Below are positions 54,201-64,000 of a stretch of 64,000 bases of DNA, in pieces (the first letter of the stretch is position 1; every line of letters begins with the position of its first letter). Below the pieces are notes generated by a model. It saw nothing but the letters and a program-made list of their open reading frames with translations, searched no databases and was not told the origin of the DNA. The DNA is taken from positions 496,001 to 560,000 of the forward strand of contig JAYWIR010000017.1 in NCBI GenBank assembly GCA_036172245.1. Direction: 5' to 3'. The stretch is from Raillietiella orientalis (taxonomy: Eukaryota). The position numbers were made by a program, and so were the translations under genes.

Positions 54201-56914
54201 TCGGTGCGCGATTGTAAAGAGTGGAAATTGGGGTAAACATCGGTCGCGATCTTTATCGTGCACCTCCAAATGACACAGAGTGTTCTCGAACACCAAGTCA
54301 ATACCTCGTAAGCATCTTCGGATCTGCTCGTACCTTTCGCAAGAAACCATGTAATTACCGATGCACAATGCAGAACGGTCTATGGCTACCTGGACTGACA
54401 CGGTGCAGAAGAATTCCAGTTGCCGCTTATCATTCTCTATGACTTTCTCCAATTCCCGCTAGATGACCAAGAGAAATGCAGGAGCGACCATCTGCTCAAT
54501 GCCTCAAAAAGCAGAACACATTCCAGTCACTTCAAAACGAAGCAAAATGAAAAAGAGTTGCAAACAGATTCAGAGTGAAGGAAGGGTTCTCAGACTCGAC
54601 GCTGAAGAACGCGGAAGAGCGATTTCTTCGATCTACTATGTGAAGATGTCAATGGTCAAAAGGTGAGGAAAGTTCCGTTTTTTTTTTCGCCTTCATTAAC
54701 CCTTTTTTTATGCGGACGTTCCCTTTCCTCTCGTTCTCCGTTTTCGCCGGGGGGACCAGATGGTCGACGGAACTTGAAATCTGCTCGAAGACTGAAAAAG
54801 AGTACAGACCGATTCAAGAACGGAAACAGCACTCCGAGGTTAAAGTGTCAGCGTTTCCAGCAAATCTTTTTTGCTTACGAGCGAAATTTTCTTTTCAACA
54901 GTCGGAGGACAAGGCAAACTGCAATCATCCAGATTAAAAGGAAGAAGAAGGAAACTCTCTACTTTATTTTAGAATGCAGTTTTCTCATTCCTGTAAATTG
55001 AGGATTTTCCCTTAATCGCACGAAATCATTAAGTCGAAGCAACTAAATGACTCTAACTTTCACCTTTACGCTTGTTTCCATACGGATCCCTTATAGTGAT
55101 ACTCGATTTGTCCTCTCTATGCCATCTTATCGTTGGTGGTGGATTCCCTCTGGCTCTGCAAGTTAAACGACTCGTTTCGCCTTCAGCAACCATTATATCA
55201 GTGGATGTTTCCGCTTCTATGATGTCTGGAGAGACGACAACTTCCAAGCTAGCGACCTAAGGAAACCAAAACCCAAAGCTTTTGCATAAATTCCGATGCA
55301 GAGAATCTCGTTTTGGTTATTACACCTTCTGCTCTTATTCAGTGTTTCAACATTACTCCTATAATATCAATAAAGATTCTCGTAATGTTATCTTATTTTC
55401 CCAAACGTTGTGGCATAGGAGAAACAGGAGATTTCGTGTTCACAAAGATAGAATTTCCTGATTTATGTACGGAAAAAGGATCACACCTCAGTTTTTAATG
55501 GATGCCCTTCAATACAGAAAATTCAGAGGGTGCCACTCATATCTCATCTATCCAGCTCCATTACCCGGGAATGAATTCGACGTAATTCAGAGAAAAGTCG
55601 TAGCACACAATTTTAGCTATCCTTCTAATTCCATCTTGTGGATTTTAGGTTTGTTCTTTTGACCAGGCGCATCATCATCATCATCAGTTATTCGTGATTT
55701 CCTGCATGCATCTGGATCGTATCTTCATCTTGTGGTTACAGGCATTTGGCTTCTTTTTCAGGAATGGGAGTACAGAGTTTCGTTTCTTCGTCTCACTCTG
55801 CTCCTGAAATGATTCGTTTCTAGATAACTGACTGAAGCAGCTTCATCGTATGCTGTATTCCTGAATAATTGTCTCCCGCTTTATGCCGTGTGAACCCCAT
55901 CTCAAGGAGGCGGTGGACCTCTGAGAATGCGGTGGGCACACTCAAAAAGGCGACGCAACATCAAATGAACTGGTGAGCAGTGACTGTACACACACTTTGG
56001 TACAAAGAATGTTTCTTATACAATCCACCATTTTCTCCTCACTAAGGGACTCAGAAAAACTGTTCAGATGAATAGGCTGGCTTCGCGATCAAAGAGGAAC
56101 TGTTTTCATTCTAGGTAAAGGCTATCTTGAAAAATATATATATATATATATATTTAAAAAAAAATATCAGTTATCTATTCAGACAGAACACAAATTTCAT
56201 CTGGACACTCATAATTATTCTAAAAAAAACTGCCTGAATATATTTGATAGCCCATCGGTCCGTTGCTCGAAGATACTCGAGAGTTCATATAGACATCTAA
56301 ATTGTTCTAAAAAATAGCTCCCCTGGATTCCAAGGACAGAATGTCTTTCCAGCCAGTTGAATTTGCTTTTGAAAACTTTGTTCTCTCTCCATTAAGCTTC
56401 GAGTGGATAATAGTTAGGATGGTGAGGGGGAGATTCAAGAAATGGTAATATTCTGTACAATAATTCGTTCATACGAATATTCTTTCTTATCAGACACATG
56501 ATTTCCTGGAATCACTTTAGGCAACACGGGTTTAGGATGTATTTCGTAAGTATCATGAATATCATGTGTGCTCACCTGATACCTCATAGGTTCTGTGTTA
56601 AGCTGGCACATATACAAGCCTTTGTCGACTTCCCTGACAGATTTGATGTGCAGATTCCAAACGTTATGGAGGTTGTGAGACACTGATACACGTGGATTAT
56701 GAGTTATGACATGGTTGTGGATAGCCTGAATTGCTTTGGTGTCTGCCTTTATCCAAGCTACCTGAATAACTTCTAGCAAGTACCTTAACTGGTATTTGTA
56801 CCTTATAATGGCCGAGATTGTTGACGATACATGTAAATACTGCTTCTCTTCCAACAGAAATAGTCAGGTTTTGAATGGGTTCCACGAATTCCGGTTCAGG
56901 AAAAGGTAGATCAC
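44980..56914 (-). CDS. DIP (Dpr-interacting protein)/Lachesin-family three-Ig cell-adhesion protein, DIP-alpha/beta-like; 5'-incomplete, 7 exons, ~386 aa recovered
   Basis: Exons 56914-56802, 56761-56576, 55256-55064, 52051-51923, 51712-51581, 48241-48068 and 45212-44980 are all GT-AG and phase-compatible (1,0,0,1,1,1,1). All six Ig cysteines are present. Hallmark DIP strings: VAWIKADTKAI.AIH.HVIT, YMCQLNTEPM, PDII..ETS.D.MV.EG, LSKITRSDMG.YLCIASNGVPP.ISKR, C..KN..G...GTIR. Confidence 0.93.
48068..48241 (-). CDS. DIP-like gene exon, Ig3 C-terminal half
   Basis: GSNIIADSNQY...DAGLYICTAKNAFGEANGTIRVH; acceptor cgatag, donor gttagt. Confidence 0.92.
51581..51712 (-). CDS. DIP-like gene exon, Ig3 N-terminal half
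   Basis: FSPLIRVP...ITLECVVETSPSSVSYW; acceptor ttttag, donor gtaaga. Confidence 0.92.
51923..52051 (-). CDS. DIP-like gene exon, Ig2 C-terminal half (absent from ORF track)
   Basis: VDEFKGQVLPLSKITRSDMGPYLCIASNGVPPAISKRIFVKVY; acceptor ttccag, donor gtaagt. Confidence 0.95.
55064..55256 (-). CDS. DIP-like gene exon, Ig2 N-terminal half
   Basis: VASLEVVVSPDII...LTCRARGNPPPTIRWHRED; acceptor ccttag, donor gtgaaa. Confidence 0.93.
56576..56761 (-). CDS. DIP-like gene exon, Ig1 C-terminal part
   Basis: VAWIKADTKAIQAIHNHVITHNPRVSV...DKGLYMCQLNTEPMRYQ; acceptor attcag, donor gtgagc. Confidence 0.95.
56802..56914 (-). CDS. DIP-like gene exon, Ig1 N-terminal part
   Basis: DLPFPEPEFVEPIQNLTISVGREAVFTCIVNNLGHYK; acceptor ttctag, donor gtacaa. 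Confidence 0.93.
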
Positions 56915-58779
56915 CTAGAAAAGAAAATACATGCATGTCATGAAAAAAGCAAGACTTTTTGCACGCTAGCATCACTGCGATTCACCATCTTGACGAGAGA
57001 GTACGAAGTTTGTGGTTGAGGCGTCATCTCGCAAACTCCTTCCAAAACCGTTCAAGTTCTCTTGTCTGAATCCTGAAGGCAAGTCATTCTACGCGCAACG
57101 CTGTCTCCGGTCATGGAGATTTTTCGTATTATGCGTATCATCCTTTCTCTCCGCTCCAATTTTCTTAATCATGTTTGCTACGAGAAAAAATGCAGGAGCC
57201 AACCCATTCTCCACGCAGGCCCTATTTCCAAGGGTTTTCAAGCTACTTGTGGAGATTATCTGTGTATAGAGATTTGCATGATCACCGTCTTCCTGTCTTC
57301 ATATGAGGGGAGTCATTGCTACATCGAATACATAGATGATACCCATAACAGTTATGACAGCCAGTTCGCGAGTTATAAAATATGAAAATCTCCCTCGTAT
57401 GTTATCAAATTCGTCCCCTCTTTTTTAAAGGAGTTAAAATTCAGTATTCCCTCAGAATTTCCTTTTTTACCTTAGTTATGTAAATTTTTTTTTTTCCCTA
57501 GGATGGCATTAGGTCTTATGTGGATCTGAATATGCTGATTGTATAAATATCTTAATCGTGATAACATTTCTCGATTTTTAACGCTGTAAATACTTAGTGT
57601 GTTAAACAGGAATCACGAATTCACCGTTTTTTTGATATATGGATGTAACTCTTTGCAAAATTCATCAACAGCTAACATCAGGCAATTCCGGTTGCATTCT
57701 GATTTGATAGAATACTCCAAGTCATCTTCCATACTGACTGCCCGACATCTTGGCCTTCTACTTATCACAGGGAACGGCCGATTCGGCGAATTCACAGTAG
57801 CAGAGCTTTCACATATCACAAGGAAATCTCGTTGATCTGCGGAATGCTTTGTCGAAAAAGATGAAAAAGCATGACAGGGGTCGTGAGTTCCGCGGGAACC
57901 AGGATTTTCTGCTTGAATTCCACATATTGCACACAACTGCTGCCTTATTGGAACGTATTCAATAGAAAATACTTATAGGTGACAATAAATAGTGACAATA
58001 AATTGCATATTACTAGTGCTGCATACTGAATATTCTTTGATGTCTTTCGGTCTTACCACTCAAAATGGAATTGATGTCTTCAAACCTTAGTAAATGTCTT
58101 ATAACCGTCTCAGTTTACAGGATCAAATCTTCTGTTTGCCATTAAGAATGAGATTAGTTATGCCACTCCTTCTACATCAGAGTGCGGAAGAAATGGCATG
58201 ACTTCTACATGTGCAAATTTACTCCCATTGCAAATTACCAAGTTACCTAAATTCGACTCTATGAGTTTTAGGAAACCAATGCTAATTTCCTAATGCTCTT
58301 GAAACGCAGGGAGACGAAGTCGTGAAATACCATTTCGTCACACATCTGAGATCACTAAATTTACTACGAATTAAAGAAAAATAGAAATCCTAACGGGATT
58401 CAAATTATCAAACTGCTCTTTTTTTTTATTTTTGAGAAATTCGTAGATTTCATTCATCATTTTCTGTTTTTCTGTTTTTACGGAGCATGCGTTTCGCAAC
58501 GGATGTAAATCGTAAGATGTATCGAATCACTCACACAAAGAAGCCTGCTCTTTTTTTTCTCAAGCTTTCTATTCACTTCCGAGAGGGGAATTTCAATGGA
58601 GTGAATCAGTTTTCTACAAGATGCCTAAGATCACAGATTGCTCTGTCCACATGAGTTCCTTCTTCCTCACGACGAGTCTTCTCCGATGATTCAGTGATAC
58701 CAGCCTCGTGGTTGGTCGAAGGACTTGTTTTGCACTGCAGCCCGGACCTGATTATCAGTGTCAAAGGTGGCCCCATCTT

Positions 58780-59030
58780 TTTCCGTTTTTCAGAATGCAA
58801 GGAGCCTATTTTCCCCTCAGTACAAGCATCTGGTTTGCAGTGGTTGGGTTTCCATGGGCAACTCTTCGTGTACTCGACCAATTCCACTGTCATGTCCATG
58901 GGGAAGTGAGGTGGGAGGTGCACAACTGGCCTCGTGACTGGCCAGAATTTTTTCCTCACGATGACGGCATAGCATCAGCAGCATTGAGAAGAAATGCGTG
59001 TCGGAGATGATTATCTTGAGATGTGAAATG
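58780..59030 (-). pseudogene. Eroded RING/B-box (TRIM-like) fragment
   Basis: LRHAF (similar to CGHTF), FWPVTR..V.LPPHF...LVE (similar to CPxCR..LPxNF..LVE), then SCP...HC..AC. Most ligands are mutated. Confidence 0.2.
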
Positions 59031-62000
59031 AGTTGGTTACTTCACTCCTGTTGAGCAGCCATGCTGGCGCGGTAGTAGCAAAAATGACTGCTCTCATATC
59101 CTTGGTCCTTGTTTTCCGAAATTCACAAACACAATCGATTGAAACAGAAAACAACGATGGCGGATAAAAGTAAAACTTGAAGAGTAAGGATAAATGGAAA
59201 ATAGTTGCCGCTGTACGGATAAGGGATGTACAAAACGTCTGAATGCTTTTTTGCACAGCCTCATCATGACTTGTTTACGAAACCGGCGAAATTGAAAAAT
59301 CCTTTGCAGCTGCTTTATGCCGGCATTTGCCGGATCGCATAGGTGAATTTCTTTTTCTTCTATTTCTTCGAATGGACCAGTTTTAGTTAAAGTGATAGCT
59401 TCAAGAATTCAGGACTTTCAAGTTATGTTTCGGACTGATACTACAAATGTATTACTCAAAGGCTTCTCGAACTCATCCTGATGAGCATTGTCCATCCTCT
59501 CACCATGAAAAGACTGACGCTCACAGGTTGGTATTTTCTACATCCGGTGGAAAATATCAACCTGTTTAAGGGAGCAACAGAATTCTGGAAGTTTGAGCAA
59601 TTCCTGCATAGTGGATTACATAAGGTGGACTTGTTTTATCGGCCATATTGAAGCAGATGAATATTCTCCGAATGTCAACAGAAGGATGGTCGTTTCTACC
59701 AAATAAATCCTGCGTTCAGACCAATTCTCTCGCACTTTTTCGCAATAAATTATGAAGGAAATAAGCATCTCTGGAAGCAGCTCTGCAAAGTCAATGAGCA
59801 TCCTGCTTTTGCGTTGAGATGAGGTTCTCAACAAGATGTGGAGAATGCGTTCTAGTTGCTTTAGTTTACTTGATGGAAGAACTTTCTTGTGCTTATCTCG
59901 AAGGCTCCATCGTGCTGCTTGTACGAAGAACAGATTTTTTCTCAAAGTGTTTCAACGACATCGCCCATCCTTTACAGCAGTGGAAACGTAGAAATGGGAA
60001 CCTATTGATGCAAAGATCTCGGAGAATGTAAGTGCACGCTATCTTAAAAAGTTACTAAATAAGTAGCCTGCTGCGGTATTTTGACTCTACTAGGGGATTG
60101 CTATGCTTTTTTTTTTAAGCTGAATTTAAAACACGCTTAACTATTTTAAAATTTCAGATGCTCGTACTCTGTGATCTCTATGGAGACCATCGAACGAAGC
60201 ATTTAAATAACTGAAGATCTGTTTCTTCCTTTAAATGCTGAAAAATGCAACCTCAAGTTCTTCATTGGAACAATATTCTTGAAGCTTCCAATAAACTCAG
60301 TTGTTTTAAAAAAAGAAGATTCAAAAAACAAGCTATATCCTCCGGCATTTTCTAAATTGACTCTGGTTTTCTATTGATTCGGGAAAAAGACTTTTATTGA
60401 GATTACTTACTTTCTGCAGGAATGTTGTTGAAATACCAATCGTCTAGCGTTTCCAGGGATTCGCTTGTAATGAGATATACTGAAAAAAGGAGAAGAAAAA
60501 AAAGATACATCAGCTCTTTAGCCCTTGATATCCTCAAACTTTCAAGTTATTAAAGAAAATCATAGAGGAAATGCCGTTGCAATCACACTGGAGAATATCG
60601 TGAACACATTGATGATTATATTTTAAAAGACAGATTTCTTCAGATGTGAAGCTTGGGAGTAAAAATCAAAGTTCGGTTTGATGCAAAGACATTCACTGTT
60701 GAGGAATTGATGGAATATCAGGAGGATAAAAACAAACCTCTAATGCTTAATTTTCTGCAAGCAGAAATGAAGGTTACGAGCTAGTTGGTTTCCATGCATT
60801 TCCAGATCACATTTAGAAGTATCCTTGCCATCTTTGCTAACCTGACAAATATTTAAAACAAATCTTCGTTGCAGTTACTCGGTAGAAGAACTTTCGCCTT
60901 TTGCCTTGAACTTCCGACTGTAAGAACCGTGCGGAAGAGTGCTGCTGATGGCTTTACAAAATCACTGATCAATGCGTATACTGATTTATGGAAAACCCAA
61001 TTAAGGGATGCAATTTTTAGAAGAGATGCTGTATACGAGCAAAGAATTTTGCCACAAGCCACTACAAATGAAACAACTATAATAAAAATTAATGCATTGT
61101 ATGCATGTTATCCAGAAAGAAGAAGTCGATCACTGTAATGGAAAGTTTCTTAAGATTTTCGAATGGAATTTTTTGTCTATTAATATCTTTTTTCAAGGGA
61201 AGAGATTCACCCCAGACAAGGAGCAGCCGTGATTTCCACACATTTAAGACCAGCATCGAGTGTAGCAGAAGAAAGTGAAGGTTCGATGATGTATGTTATT
61301 TTCAGTAAGCCACCGTGAGATGGAGAAAGAAAAGATGAAAGCAGTTTTCTAAATGTTTCAGATAACATCCAGAACGGTCAGGGAATGTTGCATGATTGGC
61401 AGTTTCCTTTCATCCATTCCAGTGAACTCTTTTCAGACCTGACTTTCTGAAAATGCCCTCAAATTCGAAAGCTCGAAATGAATCTATATAAAAAGCGTTT
61501 AGGATTTTGGAAATTTTGGCAGAGGCAGAGCATATCTTGGAGGAGTCGCGATTCTCTCTAGAAAGACTGTGAATTCGTTCCGCTGGCGTGATCGTGATCA
61601 GCGTCCGATTAGCCCTACCGTTTGCAATTTTTCCAATTACTAATAGCAATCTCTTGAGAGGTTATCATAGCAGGAAAGTAACTTTGGGTAAATGTCTACT
61701 CAAAAACGAATTTAGTAAGTACGAATGACGTTCAGAAATGATTCGAGATCACAGACAGCACGTGTCCGTATGGCACTTGAAATGGAAATTTCCTTTGAGC
61801 GTATAATTTCTGCAGCAAAGAAAGGATGGTTTCGTCACGCAGTGGTTATAATTTCTGGTGATAACCCTGATTGCGACGAATGCAACGATGATGACGTAGA
61901 GTATTCTTTTGGTAGAAGGAAATATATATATATATATATATACAGTTTCAGATTACAGCAAAAAACAGTGAAAACATTCATGCTATGTTTCAAATGCTGA

Positions 62001-62161
62001 GGCTTGGAAATCTTGTAATCGATGAAAAATAAGGAAGACCTGTTGTTGACCCGTTCATTGGTTCTTTTAAGCGGAAACAGAACGAGGGAGTGGTCTGTCT
62101 GTGGAACTTGTAGAGTTGTAAGTGGTGAAGAAAACACGAAAGCAAATTCTGTAATTTCCCA

Positions 62162-62680
62162 GATATAAATTCTGTGCATCTAAGGCAAGCAGATGAAGTA
62201 AGGTATATCGGCCCTTGGCCTTCTTGCCTTGGCTACTTAAACATTGGAAAAATATGCGAAGTAACAGTTGAAATAGTTGCACAGGCGGTTCACCCAGGTT
62301 ACGGTTTCTTAGCAGAGAATCCAGACTTTCCATGTGCTCTGCAAAAACGCAATGTAGATTTCATCGTACCAAGTGCAGAAACAACAGAGGTTGCAGCTAA
62401 CAAAATAACAGCAAAGGAGGCTGCAAGAAAAGCTGGAGTGAATGTGGTTCCAGGGTATATGGGCAGAATCCTTGATCCCGCCCATATATGCAGCTCAAGT
62501 TGCTGAGGAGATTGCTAAAAGCGGCATCAGGCGGCGGTGGTAAAGGAATGCGGATTGTAAACTCCAAAAAGGAAACTGAACCAGCGTTCACATCAGCAAC
62601 AAATGAAGCAGAAAAAAGCTTTAAGGACTCAGCATCTTTATAGAGAAACATATCGGGTTGCCAAGGCACGTTGAAATACA
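62162..62680 (+). pseudogene. pccA: Wolbachia-like acetyl/propionyl-CoA carboxylase alpha subunit (biotin carboxylase domain) fragment; probable nuclear Wolbachia transfer
   Basis: Intronless. Reads DINSVHLRQADEVRYIGP..S..YLNI.KI...AVHPGYGFLAENPDF...ANKITAKEAARKAGVNVVPGY.../AAQVAEEI/LKAASGGGGKGMRIVNSKKE...TSATNEAEKSFKD/SIFIEKHIGLPRHVEI. Frameshifts near 62487, 62514 (GFPVM deleted) and 62630; truncated at both ends. Confidence 0.88.
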
Positions 62681-64000
62681 TTTCGGTGGTACTGCGTAGC
62701 CATTCGGGAGCGACTGTTCCAAAGGCATCGGCAAGTCGATGAACGCCACGATAATTGGTTTCCATGATTTATTTGAAAAACTGACAAGATCAAGCTATGG
62801 AGAATATTTAAAGAAAACTGGTTGATTTACTCGCCCCAAATAGATAAACGTTCATCCTTCGAAGAGTGCTTTCAAGATGCTCGGTTCTGAGGTGAATCAT
62901 AGATGAATTTTTGAATAGAAAAGGAGCCACTGCCTTTTGGACTAATAGATTTTGCAACAGGAAAGAGAAATCTGTTAAGGAAGAAGGAGAATCCTTCAAC
63001 CTCGAAGCCAAGAGGACGTAAATAGGGACTGCTAGAGTGGAAAGCGTTATTCACGGCACCTTGAAAGTGCCTTTTAAAGACTTGGGAGAAATAATACGCG
63101 CTATGAGTGAAAATGAGGTTTCAATTCGGAATGTCCATTCATCCGTTTAAAAAAGCATTCATTTGAGACTGAATTTTAAGAGAAGGTATATGAGATGCTC
63201 CATAAGCGTTGGCATTTCAATATTACCAGCGTGCTAAAGATCTCGGTCTTATGCAGAGCTAACAACTAGAAATGAATTTGTTTTCCGAAGACATTGGCGA
63301 ATTAGCTTTCTTCTTCATCATGCCGGAGGATGCTGGACTGGGATTTCTAGAGAGTTGTTTTCAGTTCAGCTTTTTCGAATCACCAACCATTACTGACGAA
63401 AGTCTAAGCCTGGTATTTGATAATAATAAGTAGGTAGAGTAAATACGCTAAGTCGTATTTTAGAAGAAGCTCTGAAAATTGTCTATGCGGATGCTCCCAT
63501 TATGGAACATGTTATGTGTGTGTGTGTTTTTTAAATCTAATAGAAAGACTGTCTAACCAGGAATTTTGTTTGATTGTCTCATTCTTGGAAGAGAAAAATC
63601 TAAAACTGCACAACTGATACATGAGGGATCTTTGAATTTTTCGGACACGACCCCCTTCGAAGATGACTACCGAACTACTCTACAGAGCGTGCTTGAGCAG
63701 GTCCTCGGCTATCCGCAAGATTTCTTTTGCTCCTTCGAAGATCGAGAGGGAATGCCATTGAGGCTGGAATCTGACGGCCGAATTCGCCGCTTCGGTACGG
63801 GTCAGTTTGTAAGGAGAGCGTCCCACGGTTGGCTGCTTCGAGCTGCTGAATCAGATCAGCAAGGCGAGGCGGAGCTACGGGTTGACAAGAGGGAACAAAC
63901 GGTGGTACAGGCTAGTCAAATGTGATCATGTCAAATGTCAAATGTCAACTGTGATCATGTACCGAATGGAAAAATTTCGATTTCAAATGAGCTTCAGGGA

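Noticed and set aside
57000..64000. First (signal-peptide) exon of the DIP-like gene
   Set aside because: Candidate donors near 57470, 57624 and 60841 lack an ATG-led hydrophobic frame in phase 1. The exon was not identified and may lie outside the window.
1..64000. CRISPR arrays, operons, rRNA or prokaryotic defence systems
   Set aside because: None seen. The window is spliced eukaryotic DNA, and the only bacterial-looking segment is the pccA-like fragment.

Overview
Eukaryotic (arthropod-type) nuclear DNA with low gene density; almost all ORFs in the supplied track are spurious. The one confident host gene is a spliced, minus-strand, three-Ig-domain DIP/Lachesin-family gene, most like Drosophila DIP-alpha/beta. 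It has 7 exons reconstructed at 44980-56914, an ultra-short 40-nt intron, and no first/signal-peptide exon located. Three features are not explained by the ORF track. (1) A ~520-bp decayed fragment of a Wolbachia-like acetyl/propionyl-CoA carboxylase alpha subunit at 62162-62680, a probable endosymbiont-to-host DNA transfer. (2) A candidate microexon gene at 29732-30523 (minus strand; coding pieces of 50/10/13/20/81 nt) that would encode a ~57-aa microprotein, in an AT-rich, CpG-poor block with a long putative 3' UTR. (3) A nested pair of DNA transposons: a Ginger2/KRBA2-like integrase element (TIRs, 4-bp TSD) containing an internally deleted piggyBac. The remainder is decayed BEL/Pao and Gypsy remnants, several eroded RING-B-box (TRIM-like) fragments, short hairpins and microsatellites. 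Family assignments come from recalled motifs, not database searches.
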